Below, piece after piece: positions 38,307 to 51,690 of a stretch of 64,000 nucleotides of DNA. The notes beneath the pieces are model-generated. The model made no database searches and was not told where the DNA came from. It saw only the letters and a list, made by a program, of their open reading frames with translations. A program made the translations under genes and the position numbers. This stretch comes from Pocillopora damicornis (lineage: Eukaryota). How positions within the stretch are numbered: the first letter of the stretch is position 1; every line of letters begins with the position of its first letter. The stretch covers positions 1 through 64,000 of the forward strand of contig NW_020844363.1 of the NCBI RefSeq assembly GCF_003704095.1, read 5' to 3'.

Positions 38307-41300
38307 GGTTACAGAGGCGACCGTCCAGGAATTCTTGGTTACATAACACGCTTTGATTCTGACTGGTACCTGAAGAAGGCTTTCTTCATGGCATTGACAT
38401 CTTTCTTCCCAGATGCTGTCATTCATTTAGGTTTGTGAAGAGAAAAAGTATAAGTAAGATGGAATTTACGGCGATCTAGAAACAATTGTTCCATGCAAAG
38501 ACAAAAATAATCTTTTTCTTTGTCACATGGCCAGAAATTGGGGACAGTCAGCTGTCAACAACGCGGGCGCCACAGGAACTACGTTTCATCCTTTGGCACC
38601 TATGTAGTGGGTTCGACCAAAGTTTTGAAAAAATGTCAAATGTCTCTTTTTATAAGACACTGAATTCTCTAAACAGGTTTAACTGATTGTGAGATTAACC
38701 AGGGAAGCCCGTCTTTGCTTAGTGTTAATTTCATCTGCACGGTGACACTCGAATATTGGCATGATAAAACTTAATTTTTACTCTGTAGTTCCAAATTGTT
38801 TGGTACTTGTTTAGTGACAAATTATTATTAAGTGTATTCACATACGTAGACAGTGTTCCAAGTTGCAACCGTTTTGGTCGCTAGGGCGAGTGAAAATAAA
38901 TTTGGCGATCGAAAATATATTTGGATCGAGATTTTCACCCGCAACTGGGACATATGTTTAAGAGCTGCGATCATTTAAGGCCAGCAGAAAATACTTTAGG
39001 GCTTTGTAACCACTCTTAATAGCAATGGCGTTCGAAAGGAACCGTCATAGGTCCCGAAAACTGCTCGCAAATCGCTTCTTCTTCGTCCATTTTACGCATT
39101 GCTAAGTCTGAAAATGGATTTTTAGAATTCGCCTATTTTACGGGAAAAATGACCCATTAAAACAAGAATTCAGTCTTGAGGGTTCAAATCTCACAGTTCA
39201 ACTTTTGCCTTAGCGGAATGGACGCTCGAAAGTTGGAAGGACCTGTTGGTGGCCGTAATTTTGACTGAGAGGAAGGTATTCAACCAAAATTACAGAGCCA
39301 TGTATGGGAAATGAGCAGACTGTAGAGCGACGGTTGGGAACCCATCCAGCATGCGCTCGAGATGCTTCGAATAGACTCGATTTAACAATTTGATCTTCTC
39401 CTGAAGCTTCAGACGTTCGCATGTGAGTAATTTCCCCTCTGACTTAAGCAATTTTTAAAAGTTTTCTTTTTTCTCTTACGAAGCCTTAAACGAGCGGCAT
39501 TTTAAATCTCAGTAAAGGAACGTAGAGCGCATGCTTGGACGCCATGTTGTCCTCGATTTCTGGCCGTATGAGAAATCGATCATCAAACTCACCGATTTCT
39601 CGGCGGATTGACGTTCTGAGAACCCGTTGCGGAGTTCGACCAACTACTCGCATAATTTGTGCTGATCATTGTGCTTGTTGTGATCGCTCATTAGGGACAT
39701 TCGGTTGTAATAGGTGATGTATTTGATGAAGGATCCATTGCTACTGCTGAGGAATTTCAAGAGTATAAGGTAACAAGACTTCATGGTGTTACAAATCACA
39801 TATCCTAACAACAATTATAATTTGTAACTTTTGAATCTTTCGACCCGAGATTTTGCTGTATTAAAGAGATTGCGGTCATATTCATGACAATTTAGCACGC
39901 CTGTAACTTGTAGGAATTCGACATGGAAAAACTACTACAGAATTGCTTTCAGGTTCTGGACTAGTAAGAAAATCCTCAAAAAAAAAGTGAACTGAATTTT
40001 CAAGTGCATTTGTCCCATCGTGTTCTCGTCGACTCCTTCTGGTATTTACCTCTCTTCTGTTGGGCCCTTGTCATTACCTTTTTATGGGTTCTCAAGGAAA
40101 AATTTGCAAAGAACTTATAAAAACTAACTTAGGTGCCTGCAGCGAAGGAAAAGATAAGGGAGTGGGCTACGATTTGACTGCAGTTTCATATTTGATCGGT
40201 TGAGATGGAAGCCTAAGTTTTCTAGACCAATCAAGTACATGCAATCAATAAGGACATTTCTTTGAGCGCTCAGTGGAAATTAAACTCAGCTCTGTTCAGA
40301 AAGTTGTTAGCAGAGTCAGTTGACGGGAACGGAAGGAGGAGTGGCGAGCTTCAAAGACCGAAGATATTGTAATGGTTTTCGCTTAATAAAGAGAATGAAA
40401 CCTAGCACTCCGAATCCAATACGGCGCCAAGTTCATACCCAAAGTTGTTGGCTATGAGCTATCCTGGTTTCAGTAAGCGCATCATATTTATTTCAGGCTA
40501 GACACGATAGGATTTTTCATACCCCGGCTGGAGTTTATAGAATTCATATAGCCGGAGACAATGACATTGGAGGCGAATCGAGCGATATTATTACAGAGGA
40601 AGAAGTGGCAAGATTTTCAGCAAACATGGGCCCACTAAACGATGTTATAAAGCTCAAGTACACTTTTCAGATAGTGAAGGTAATCCTTTACCCTTTTAGT
40701 CAAAAGGCGTGAATTTGGGTAAGGCAAAGTTGGTATCTATTTCAAAGCTAAGAATTTTTAAAAAATAACGAGGTAACATTATTTTCACTTGGTGTCACAT
40801 TAATGTATCAAGAAAAGCTGATCAAATTCAAAGGCAATGCCCTTTGTTTAGTGTCTCAAATATGGCCATAAAAGGATATCTTGAAACAATAGCTTTATAG
40901 CCAAACGATGGGTTATTAATTCACTAGGGGAATTCAAACTCGCTGCCATTACAATAGTGAAATTTACGAAGTCAATTCAAACATAGCCGATTGCTGCACG
41001 AGCGCGAAATTTGAATATTTGGCGAAAGCGCGTTTATGTCAAATCTTACCCTGGGGAGAAGGAGGGAGTTACTTTTTGTTCAAGGTCACTTGCTACTCAG
41101 GGAGGGTCGGCCAAGACACAGAATGTCGCAACTGAGAGACTGACAAAGAGTGATGAAACCAAACGAAATTTGAATCAGTGTGAATGGTCACGAATGAAGT
41201 TAAAACCGATTTTTATTTGTTCGGTATTTTAGAAAAAAGAGCGTAGCTATAGTTTGACGATTGAAAATAACTATTATATGGTTATTCTCTGTTTTTATAA

Positions 41301-42796
41301 TCATTAATAAAAATGTGGTTATGGAACTTTCACAGATAAATTCAGTGAGCTTGCTAAGAAGGAGGCCCTTCGTATCGGAATGGAAGATCTATAATGACAC
41401 AATGGCCTTTATTGACGATTTGCCCTCAAAGCTTGATCCCGATAGAATTTCCATTCTTATTGGACACGTTCCGCTTACTCATACAAGTGGAAGCCAGGTA
41501 GTTCCAGTGATAAAGGTAAGCTTTACCCGGAGATTATGTATCAATTACGGAGCAGTTCCATGATTTTTTGACAAAAGAAGAGGACTGTTAAATAATTTTG
41601 TAGGCATATATGTCTTCCTGACAATTCAAGTCCGTGAAACACTGAAGCTAAAATGAAGAGGTACTTTGAAGATTGCCCAATTCAATCCAAAAAAACTAAC
41701 CTAAATTTAAAAAAAAAGATTAAACTCAGTCTGTGAGAGTTTTCACAAAGAAAGATTTCAGGTTGAGAGGTGGGATCTTCGGTCTTAGCCTCGTCATCAG
41801 TCCTCGTTTAATTTCTCTCAAACACGCAATACTGCCTTATTACGTACTAACTGAGGGATCTGATGCTTCTGTTGAACTAAATTGAAACTTATCATTAAAG
41901 TTGTTTAAGTAAAGTGATGCAATCATTTTGCTTTACAAATGAACGTGTTTCTCATCTCATGTCCTAGTTAATAGAGGCTGTTCAACCACAGCATGCTTTC
42001 TCAGGACATATTCACAAGGTACGTATTGCAATAAATACGTTTAGCATGCAGAATTTCATGTGAAAGTAGTAATAAACGTTGACTTGTGAAACTAAGTCAA
42101 CTCATCTCGAGAAAACCTGCTGACAAGGACACAGTTTAGGAGCAATGCAACAGGAGGCAAACGTTTGAAAACAGTTTTAATTCTTAAAAGTGTTTTTCGA
42201 TAGTATCAAGTTTAACTCGTTCACTTCACTTTTCAAATAGCATTTAGTTAGTTTTTCTTCCCGTCAGCTCGGAATTTTAGCAATGTACGATCTGTTTACT
42301 GTATTTTGTTTACTGAATTTATTCGCAATGATCCAGATTACCACTGAGGTGCTGTTTATCTCAAAGATATGTTTTCTTCCATGCTGTCAATGCTCGTGAG
42401 CAAATGCAGCAAATAGGCTGGTCATTAGTTACAATAGTAATTATGGAAAGATATAAATCAATGATATTTTGACCTGAAGATTAGATAGCAGGTCGCGAGA
42501 AGAGGAGTCTGAAAATTTAGTTTTCGTGAGATTCGAACCTGTGCCTCCCAGATACTAACTGGTCGTCACCGCTAACTGCGCCTCAGAGCCACATATCGAA
42601 GGCCAGGCAAATTCACTAAGTTCTCCCATCCTTGTTCAGAGAGCCACGATCAACCACAAGATTGGAACAGTGACGTTTACAGAGCATGTTGTTCCAACAT
42701 GCAGCTATCGCATGGGAACAGAGAAGATGGGCTTTGCTGTAGCAGTCATTGGTGGGTTAATTTCTCCTTACTGTCTTTCATACAATTCTTCTGATG

Positions 42797-42831
<35 letters not shown>

Positions 42832-43035
42832 AATTATTATTATTACTTTCTTGATCATAACAATAACCACTATAACCATCTTTATTATCCTTATCATCTT
42901 CTTTTCATAGGTGTGGATGGCTCTATTGTTTTCTCCGTTCTACCATTGCCCAAAAGATACCCATTTCTAATGACGTATTTAGGAATCATATGTGTATTTA
43001 TTGTATTTGCACTGCAATGGCACTGCAATGGTTAA
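38307..43035 (+). CDS. MPPE1/Cdc1-like calcineurin-type metallophosphoesterase with C-terminal TM helix; 5' exon(s) not located
   Basis: Exons: 38307-38430, 39714-39769, 40497-40679, 41336-41515, 41968-42018, 42640-42751, 42911-43035, giving 276 aa in frame. Motifs: RFDSDWYL..PDAVIHLGDVFDEGS, AGDNDIGGE, IGHVPL, FSGHIH, VPTCSYRMG, and a hydrophobic C-terminus. Confidence 0.85.
42800..42846. repeat. (ATT)n microsatellite
   Basis: A visible tandem att run; similar runs at ~22470-22496 and ~53772-53820. Confidence 0.9.
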
Positions 43036-44301
43036 TCTCGATGATATTATTTTGTTTGGAGATAGTTTTAGACGGGACATTAGTTTTGTTTTCAAACTTT
43101 CTTTAAAATTTAGTGACACTAGATTTAAGAAGAGTTAGTTACCTCGTTAGTTGGGTTCTCTTCTCCCCGCCCTTTGGAGCGAGAGAGACTGGGGAGTAGT
43201 AAGAAGAAAAGAAGAGAATCCCTTGAGACGAGTTAGAAGTGTATCTGGGTTATTCCGCAAGAAATTTGAAATTATCACAGAGAATAAGTAGAGAAGGAGC
43301 GTATACGTTTACGGCATGAATCTCTTGGCTTATCGATACCATTTTCTTGACAGAACTTAAACACTCCGATTACCGAAACGCTTCTGATTTTGTGGTTCAC
43401 CAGGGACTTTGCTTGTGTTTACTTTCAATAAAATTAAAAATGTATACATGATCATGATTAGAGCTCTCGTGAGGGAATATTGCGCGAGGGTTTCCACCAT
43501 GAGATGGAGGCGTGGAGGAGATGTTGATTTGAGATACTGAGGTACATATAAATGCTTCACCCATGTATGGAACCACACCCTTACCAAGTGCATAGGGAAT
43601 TTAGACACTAAAGGATCGAGATAGTTATACTAAAACCTCGAAAATGAAAACAAAAGACGACATGACGTCCTTAAAAGTCCCTCTCTTTGATAAGTCTCCC
43701 ACGGTGATAGGGCCCAAATATTAATATCTTACAAATCATTCTGAGATGAGGGGTTATTTCTCGTAGTTAATGGCATTATTTATTGCTTTACGTGGAGTTT
43801 TTAAGTTTCGAAATCAGGAAAGTACAGTGATAGACTAACGATAGAACTCTATTTTGTGTTCGGGATCAGCACCGAAAAAAGAGATAGGGGTACAGCTCAC
43901 AACCACGAATAGCTCAAAAAAGGATTTAGAGCTGCGTGCGGCTTTATGATGGGCTCATCGTTAAAGTCTGAAGAAAGGACATCCTCGTGTTCTTCCTTTC
44001 TCATGAGGAGCAGCGTGCAAAAATACTCCTCTCCCTCGCGTATCTTGCTCCTTACACTCCTCTGCTCTTCTGAAAAAAATGACGCCTTTTTTACTCAGTC
44101 GAGATAGCTGCTATTTTCCGCTCACTAGCCAAGCAGGCGAGAGAATGCAACAGACGAAGTCACCATATGATTGTTACACTACCAATTTAGTTGCGCATCA
44201 GTCCGCGGTCCAGAATCGCGGGCTTTCATTGCCTTGGCGCACAGTCTTACTCGATCGCTGAGTCACCTGACGTTGCACTCGTTTCCGATCTCTTGTGTGT
44301 A

Positions 44302-47300
44302 ATGATGTTCTCTGTGTGGCCAAAGTCTTCGCTAATCGATGATATAACCACAATATGCGTCTCGAAACTCGATCCACTGCAAAAGGTTACGCTTGCGGCG
44401 AAAGTTGTCGGTGATAACGGCGGAGTGTTCGAGTCGCATGCTCACTTCATCGCTGATGAACATGGCCAGGTTGATGTTGGTCGTGACCCGTCTGTGGGTG
44501 GATCTTACAGTGGAGTTTCAGCTATGGGACTGTTATGGAGCATGAAACCCGCACCGGGTCAGATAAAAGGACTTAGACTGATAAAACACGATGTCACGAA
44601 ACCGTATGTTATCGAGCTGAAATGCTTCAATGACCACATAGCCTCAAGGGAAACATCTAAGCAGCCTATGGCACTCACGACATTTCTGAAGGGGTACATG
44701 GCAGATGGCGTGAGGCGAATTCCTGTGAAAGAGGGTAGAATCCGTGGAACATTATTTCTACCACCGGGCAATGGACCTTTCCCAGGTAATTTAAAACGAA
44801 GTTTGAATCGGTAGACTTTGTGAGTCACCTTTTTAGTTACTTGACTTGTTAGGACTCTGTATTTGGATAGGAAGGATGCTCTCCCAGACATAATTAGTTG
44901 AGATAATTTTCCAGAACAACGTTATGATGTTCTTTCGCCCCTCGCTCCTTCCAATGTTGTTAATTGCTACTGTGTCTATGCCATCTTGCAGACCAATGTA
45001 GGGAGGGGAGGGGGGGTCAGGAGCTGGGTGTCCCAACAAATGTGTGGGAGTGTGGGTGCAGTTCACAAGGTACATAGTCTGAGACAAAAAATCAAACACA
45101 AGGTAGCAAAATGAAAACATGGAAACCTTAACCAAAAGAACCAAACAAAAAAGATCATTTGAATAAAACAAACAACATATTATGAAAATAGAACACAGGG
45201 AAACAAAAGTCAGCCAGAACAAAGGTGAAATTAAGGAGAAGGAAGGTGGGTTTTACTCCCTATTGATTCTGTGCCTTCTGAGCTCTCCCTCAGTTGTGCT
45301 TCAATTCTCAAAACTCAAAATAAAAATATGCTTAAAACATACAGCCATCAGTTGAAGGTTTATAAATTTGATTTAACCTGGGAGGAACTTGGTTGACACT
45401 TGAGGGTGAATGTAGAAAGTAAGGAGTGACCCTGAATTGTGCAACAAATATTAGTATAGGTAATCACATGATTTCAAGTACAATTTGTAATAAATAAACA
45501 CGAGTAAATTTTGAGTGGTCTTTGAAAAAATTTACAAGAGCCTGTTTATTCCAAATTGTACGAGAAAAATCATGTGATCACACATTAGTAATATGTATGA
45601 AAAATATGAAATAACTTATCATAATTATGCAGAAGCAAAGCGCGTGTATCAAGTGCAAAAATAATTTATTCAAATCCTGCAAGTGACATTGTGTGTTTGG
45701 TCAAAACAGTCAGTCAGTCATAATATACAATGATATTTTCACATCTTAAAGGTGCAAAAAAGTTCAAAGTCCGGCTAAACAGTTCAAGGAATTGTTCAGT
45801 CTAGTTTGTTCCTTCTTTGCACTGAATGAACCCTCTTCTGCTTTGAATTACCTGAAAACTGCATTTATCTTAATCAATCAGAACTGAGTAATTTTTTCAT
45901 GTATCTTATTAGGAGTTAAACACATACCTCTATAACTTAAGGCAGCAAATCCCATATTTTTTTACTGGTATTAAACTGCTAAAAAGACCTATTTTGGTGA
46001 AAGCATTAAAAAAAAGGGATTAAAAACCAACAGCGACAAGTCAAACCATGAACAAAGACATTCATGAGCTCTTTCTTGATTAATATCTCACAGCATTTTC
46101 CAGTACTACTCTATTATTAGGACTTGATGTGGCTTTTCTCATGCTCATTTAAACCATGGTTGATATGTAGTAACAAGATGGTGACACTGGAAGGCAATGT
46201 CTTTTTTCCTTATGGATTAAAATTTGTCATATATGTCTCTTGGTTATTTATTTATTTATTCATTTTTTTTCCTATGAATTTGATTTCTGTAATCTAGTCT
46301 TGTTATTAACTTTAAGCTATTTCTATCAATATTTGAATTGGCCCTTTGAAATGATTGTCTTTGCAAAATCATCCTTAATCTCGACTTGATTAGTGAAGCC
46401 CAAATTTACCCAAATAACCTTATATTTTTAGGGAGGTTCTTATGTATGTTAACTGTATTATTTTAGCATGTGGGAAACAAACCATTATCAATTTGGAGCC
46501 TTCTAGTTGGGACATGCTCAGTAATAGAGGTGGCACCCTTTGAAATTCTGTTTTGTTTTTGAGTATTTGCAAACTATTTCAATGTATTACCTTGCAGGTA
46601 CCTTTCTTCCCCTCCCCTTCCCTTCCCATTCCTTCCCCATTGCATTAATTAAACAAATTTCTGTGAAAATTTGCTTGTTGCTAGTGATAAGCATGATGAC
46701 CAGGTCTAAGCTCATGTAATCCTGTATGCTAGGCATAGGGCCACTCTATATTCCACTTTCTAGTCTGAATGAAAGCAAATTTAACTGCCTTTGGCTCAAG
46801 TTCTTCACCCCATCACTGCAGTTGGGAATAGAGGATTTTTGTCGTCTCATGATAAAATTTACCTGATTCCCCCATAGGGCTCTGTGATAGGGCTCTGTGC
46901 AGTTAATTGGCATCAAATTTCTTATTTAATTTTATTTATACTCTGTTGGAAATGATTGATCCCCCTGTTCAAGACCCAGTTCAGCCTCATTTTTGTTCAG
47001 TTTTTGTCATCTTCATGTAACACTACTTGTGATTCAACTCCATGCTTATACACCGCCTTTACAAATTCCCGATAGGAGCCATTTCGATTTTACATCGGTA
47101 CACTACTTCACTTTATTTAAGGCCCTGAACAGTGAGTAATGAAACACATAACAGGTGCTGAAAAATTTACTTTAACTTGCTGTGGCGACCCAAATGGTTG
47201 CAGCTTGCAATACTGGTCTAAAAATGTGGTTTGTTTGTTATTTTTTTAAGGTGTCATAGATCTACTTGGCGGAGCCGGTGGACTAGTTGAATTCAAGGCT

Positions 47301-48044
47301 TGTCTGCTGGCCTCTCATGGCTTTGCCGCTCTTGCACTTGCTTACTTTGCATACGATGATCTTCCTGTCGAACCAGAATACTTGGATCTCGAATACTTTG
47401 AAGAGGCAGCAGAATGGTTTCGCAATCATCCCAGTGTTGTGTCAAATGGCGTGAGTTTGCACTCAATCTGTTTGGGAAGCTGGCTTGGGCTTCTCCTTGC
47501 AAGCTACCGAAACGACTTGGTAAAAGCTGTGGTAGCGATATCACCATGGAATGCCCCTTTTTGGATTCCTTACGTATACAAAGGAAAACTGTCAAATGTA
47601 TTTCGCTATGAAATCGAAAATGTGCAGGAAACAGATGAAGGCATCATATATAGCGATTGTGTGGCGCGTGCGAAGGAATTTGCTCCTCCTTCAGCCGAGT
47701 TAGCAGCACTCACACCAATAGAACGAATCACGTGTCCTGTATTACTCGTTTATGGAACTGATGATAAGATCATTGATTCGGAATTCACCACAAATTGTAT
47801 ATCTGAACGTCTGAAAGCAGAGGGAAAGGAATCCTTATGTACCATTTTACGACATCCCAATGCTGGTCACCTAATTGAACCTCCCTACACTCCACTTACT
47901 CATTTAGCATATATGAAGATTTTTAAGCAATATTGGGTGTCTGGAGGGAAGCCCAACGAACACGCCTTAGCGCAGGAAATCACGTGGAGGAAAATTTTAG
48001 ATTTCCTTGGACAAAATCTAAGGACCTGTAAGAGCAATTTATAG
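44302..48044 (+). CDS. Type I acyl-CoA thioesterase / bile acid-CoA:amino acid N-acyltransferase (ACOT/BAAT) family enzyme, ~425 aa
   Basis: Exons 44302-44785 and 47251-48044. Motifs: [77 protein letters not shown], nucleophile HSICLG, YGTDD and AGHLIEPPY. The C-terminus is KSNL. The start codon is uncertain. Confidence 0.93.
45450..45912 (+). mobile_element. Interspersed repeat (MITE-like) in the ACOT/BAAT intron
   Basis: The start attagtataggtaatcacatgatttcaagtacaatttg resembles the reverse complement of ~34585-34630 and of ~215-252, which indicates a dispersed family. Confidence 0.55.
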
Positions 48045-50862
48045 TACAAACAAAAACACAAAAACGATAAATTGTTATGGTCTTAAGAGCTAAATCCAAT
48101 CGGATGTATGCTTGTTGTATTCCAGGGTGATCAATAGATTTTTAAAATGCCAATGTTCCAGATTTAAAATTTTTTGTGCGTTTGAAACTGACTTTTCCAA
48201 CTTAGTGCAAACAAACACGGTCGCGATTTGTAAAAATCTGAAATGATAATGGCAGGAGAGCGAAGGGAGAAAGAGGAATAATGAACTAAACAAACAAAAA
48301 AAAGATCTGGACACTTGTCATAGCAAAGACACCTGCTTCATCCTTAATATATACGATGACGCTAACAGAATATACTTTCATCACTCGCTTCCGCTCGCCT
48401 TCGGTCGCTGTGGAAATTCTGAAGGTGAAATCAGGGCGAAGCTAGGCAAACAAGTTGATTTTCTTCGAAAACAGCATTGATTAGGTAAGGTAATGTATGT
48501 AAGTGGTCGATTTGATTATTGAGTTCTGTTCCCTGTTTTTTCTGCGTAATGTCTAAAACATTATCCACGTTGAATATGTTTTAAAACGTAGCGAAGGCGG
48601 TTTGACATTTGAAGCAAGTCTCGTATTGCTTCGTGATCAAAATAGAGAGTTTAGTTTAACGATAGATGTTATGTTGCCTGTTTCTCTACTCGTTTTAGTG
48701 AAAAACAGTGATAATGTTGAGTTTGGATATGGTCAGAAATCTTTTTTCTAGCTGCTTAATTTTTCAACAAAGCGATTTTCTGCGATTTAGACCACGATCA
48801 ACCGCATTTGCACTGCAGCTGTTAAATTAAAGCGGACCAGAATCGAGTAAGAAATCCGAAGAGGGGCATCTAATCCGTAAGAAAACATATTGATCAGTTA
48901 AGTCACTATGGCTAACCAATATGTTATATTTCTTGAATGTCATAAATTGATGTCTGATTCATTTGGGGAAAGCTCAAGTCCAACATATCCGCCACTGGCG
49001 CTCGCGAAGTTGAATGAAATGGCTACCATATCGTTACAATATAGTTCAGCTTTGGAAGGGGAATTGCAAAAAGAAAAATAAAAAAAAAGGTTTCACAAAA
49101 TTAGAACATGGCTTCCAGTCGCGAATGCGTTTTTCCGATTCAACATTCTTTGCTGCGAAAACTAGAAATTCAACTGTCTTTGTGATCTTTCGAAAGCAAA
49201 TTAGCGAACAGTTTTCTATTGAATGAATTGCCCGTTTGGGAGCGTCATTTTTCTGAATAAATATACGACCTCATACACAAAGCCGCCAACCTTTACAATA
49301 GTGTTCAGCCAAATCTAATTACCTATTGCATTACGGTGTATTGAAGTAACAATACGTATTTAAAAGCGCTAAGAGTTCCGTAGCTGGTACCCCTGGAACA
49401 TTGAAACATGGTGAGAATGGCTTGGAAAGGAGCTGTGCTTAGCAACACAACCTACCCCCCTCCCACCCCCCCTCACTCCCCTCAATCCTTTCTTTCGTGG
49501 TGTCGAGTGTAATAGTTTGCGTAGATGGTACGTTTTTCGATCGCTTGAATCAGGAATGGGGAAGCGACAAGACAGCCAGCTACTTAGCAAAGAAGCGCGA
49601 TTGACTTAAAAACAGGCTAAAGGACTCTGAACGATTTGATTACACAAAATTGACATACTAGCGAGATGAAATTTAATTTTTATGTTCGGCTTGGGCCAAA
49701 CAACATCATGAGGGCCAGTTAATTTTGATTTCGATTTCCAAGATGTCGAGATTAAAGATCTGAAGATTAAAGTTCAGTAGGAAACCGACAATAATTCCAC
49801 TTTTTGCATTCCCAGTGCCATAAATATTCTCCAGCTCGGGGCGGATAGTAGACGATCTTATTCTTTTGATGCCTTTCCTCATTATGTCAAATTGTTGTTA
49901 ACATTAATATTGGAAAACCAATGGGAAATTCGACAATCTATACACAATTTGAATTTCAAATTTCCATTGTCATGACCGCCAAACTGAGCCGAATGTTTTG
50001 TATCTTGGCTGTCTATATTTATTCAGTCTGACAATTCTTCTAAACAAACCACTACATGCCGAATTTGTTGCTATGTGTGTGGTTCGGCTCCTTAAATTGT
50101 AAATATTGTCAGCGATCATATATTTCCGAAATACTGAGATACATTTTTCTCCAAAGTTAGCTTTAACACCGTAGATTGAGTGAATTAAATTAAAATTTTC
50201 TTTTCCTACTGGCATTGAAAGCAAAGCGTATGTGGAGTATTTCATATATGGATATAAAAAATATGGAGTTTGAATGTGGTGGTTTAATTTTTTAAGAACA
50301 AATGCATTTTTTTGATGATTTCCGATTGTAATTTGTATTTCATTTAGTTCCTGTATCTTTTTTTTCGAATATGAGTGAGCGTAATTTTAATTTTCCTTTC
50401 AATACGTGTTCCAAACATTGTATGACTAGTTCCTGAATATTTAAATTTTCGTACATAGCTGTCAAGTTTGAATTGTTTGTCAAGTAGAAACCATTACTTA
50501 CAAATCGTCAAAGAAAAAATCTATTCAAAGCTTCATTCGAAAATAGCATCATTTGCCGCTTTCAGAGTGTTTGTTTTTGTGCAGGAGTTTTCGTTTATGC
50601 AAATAATCGTTGATGACTCAGTTTTCAGTGGAAATTTCGCTTACTGACTTTGTAGAGAACTTTGCTCTGCCAATATAAAATCTCGTCTACATCGATATTT
50701 ATTCAAAATCTAAATTCTACGAAGAATTGCGAGTTAAATGAAAAACCGCTTTCGTTACCCGGATTTGTTTACCTAATCTCCACAAGACCATAATCTTTGC
50801 ATACACATTTTCTTTGGATGCGTTATTCATAAGGCTTGTCTCCACTCTGTTTGACAGGTCGG

Positions 50863-50869
50863 TATAAAA
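50863..50869 (+). promoter_or_regulatory. Candidate TATA box for membrane-protein paralog A
   Basis: TATAAAA is followed by a possible non-coding exon (donor caag/gtttgt at ~50948) and a strong acceptor (ttttttgtcttcgcag at ~51049), upstream of the ATG at 51691. Confidence 0.35.
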
Positions 50870-51690
50870 ACCGCCTCATTAAATATTAAAAATATCGAAG
50901 TTTTTTTGCGCCTTCTGGCGAAAAATCTTTCCGCGATCTCCTCTCAAGGTTTGTTAGAAATAGTAGAACCTCCTGATATTTTCTTTTTCGACAAATTTCT
51001 ATGTACTATTGCGGAATTAATCTTTTTTTTCGCTTTTTTGTCTTCGCAGCTGTAAACCGACTTCTCTCGAGTTGTGAGCACAGGATAAATGCAAATTTTT
51101 ATGAGGTCAAGATAGCTACGAACAATCTGAAAATAGAAGAATACAAGTCGGCAAATTGAACAAGAATACAGTCAGCCTTTGAAGGAAACAACTCCAGCCA
51201 ACGGAGAATCAAAAGAGACTTTCCTAAGCGGTTAACATTGATTTATCATTCAGGAATCGCCGACCAAGAACGCGCAAACTATCAAGAGGAAACAAAAGTA
51301 AAGAACATGAATTTATTTGATTTAGGAAACAACGGATTGAATACTTTGTAGTGAGCTTGTAACAAAGGTTCTGGCTCGATTGATCAACAAATCTGGTGAT
51401 CCGATGCTTTCATCAGTTTGATCTGGTCAGCCTTCTCGCTAACTGAAGTAAATCCTATTACAAACCTTGTGACGAATTTTGACAGTCTGAACGACGGCCA
51501 TATTGATTTATCTGGGACGAAAGATCATCGACTGCACAAGGACTGTCCTTCGAAATCTTGAATCAACAAAAGTTAACGGCCTTTAACTCTGTAAAAAAGC
51601 TCATATAAATATCCCTGCTTCAGAAGGAAGAAGTGCAGTTGGAATTACTAGTCTGAATTTCATCTGGAGACTGTGTAAATAGTCACCAAC

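Noticed and set aside
545-48044. FDPS + acyltransferase + phosphoesterase as a terpenoid biosynthetic gene cluster
   Set aside because: FDPS has canonical FPP-synthase motifs, no terpene cyclase, P450 or dehydrogenase is visible, and the genes are separated by the housekeeping genes Myb and BBS2.
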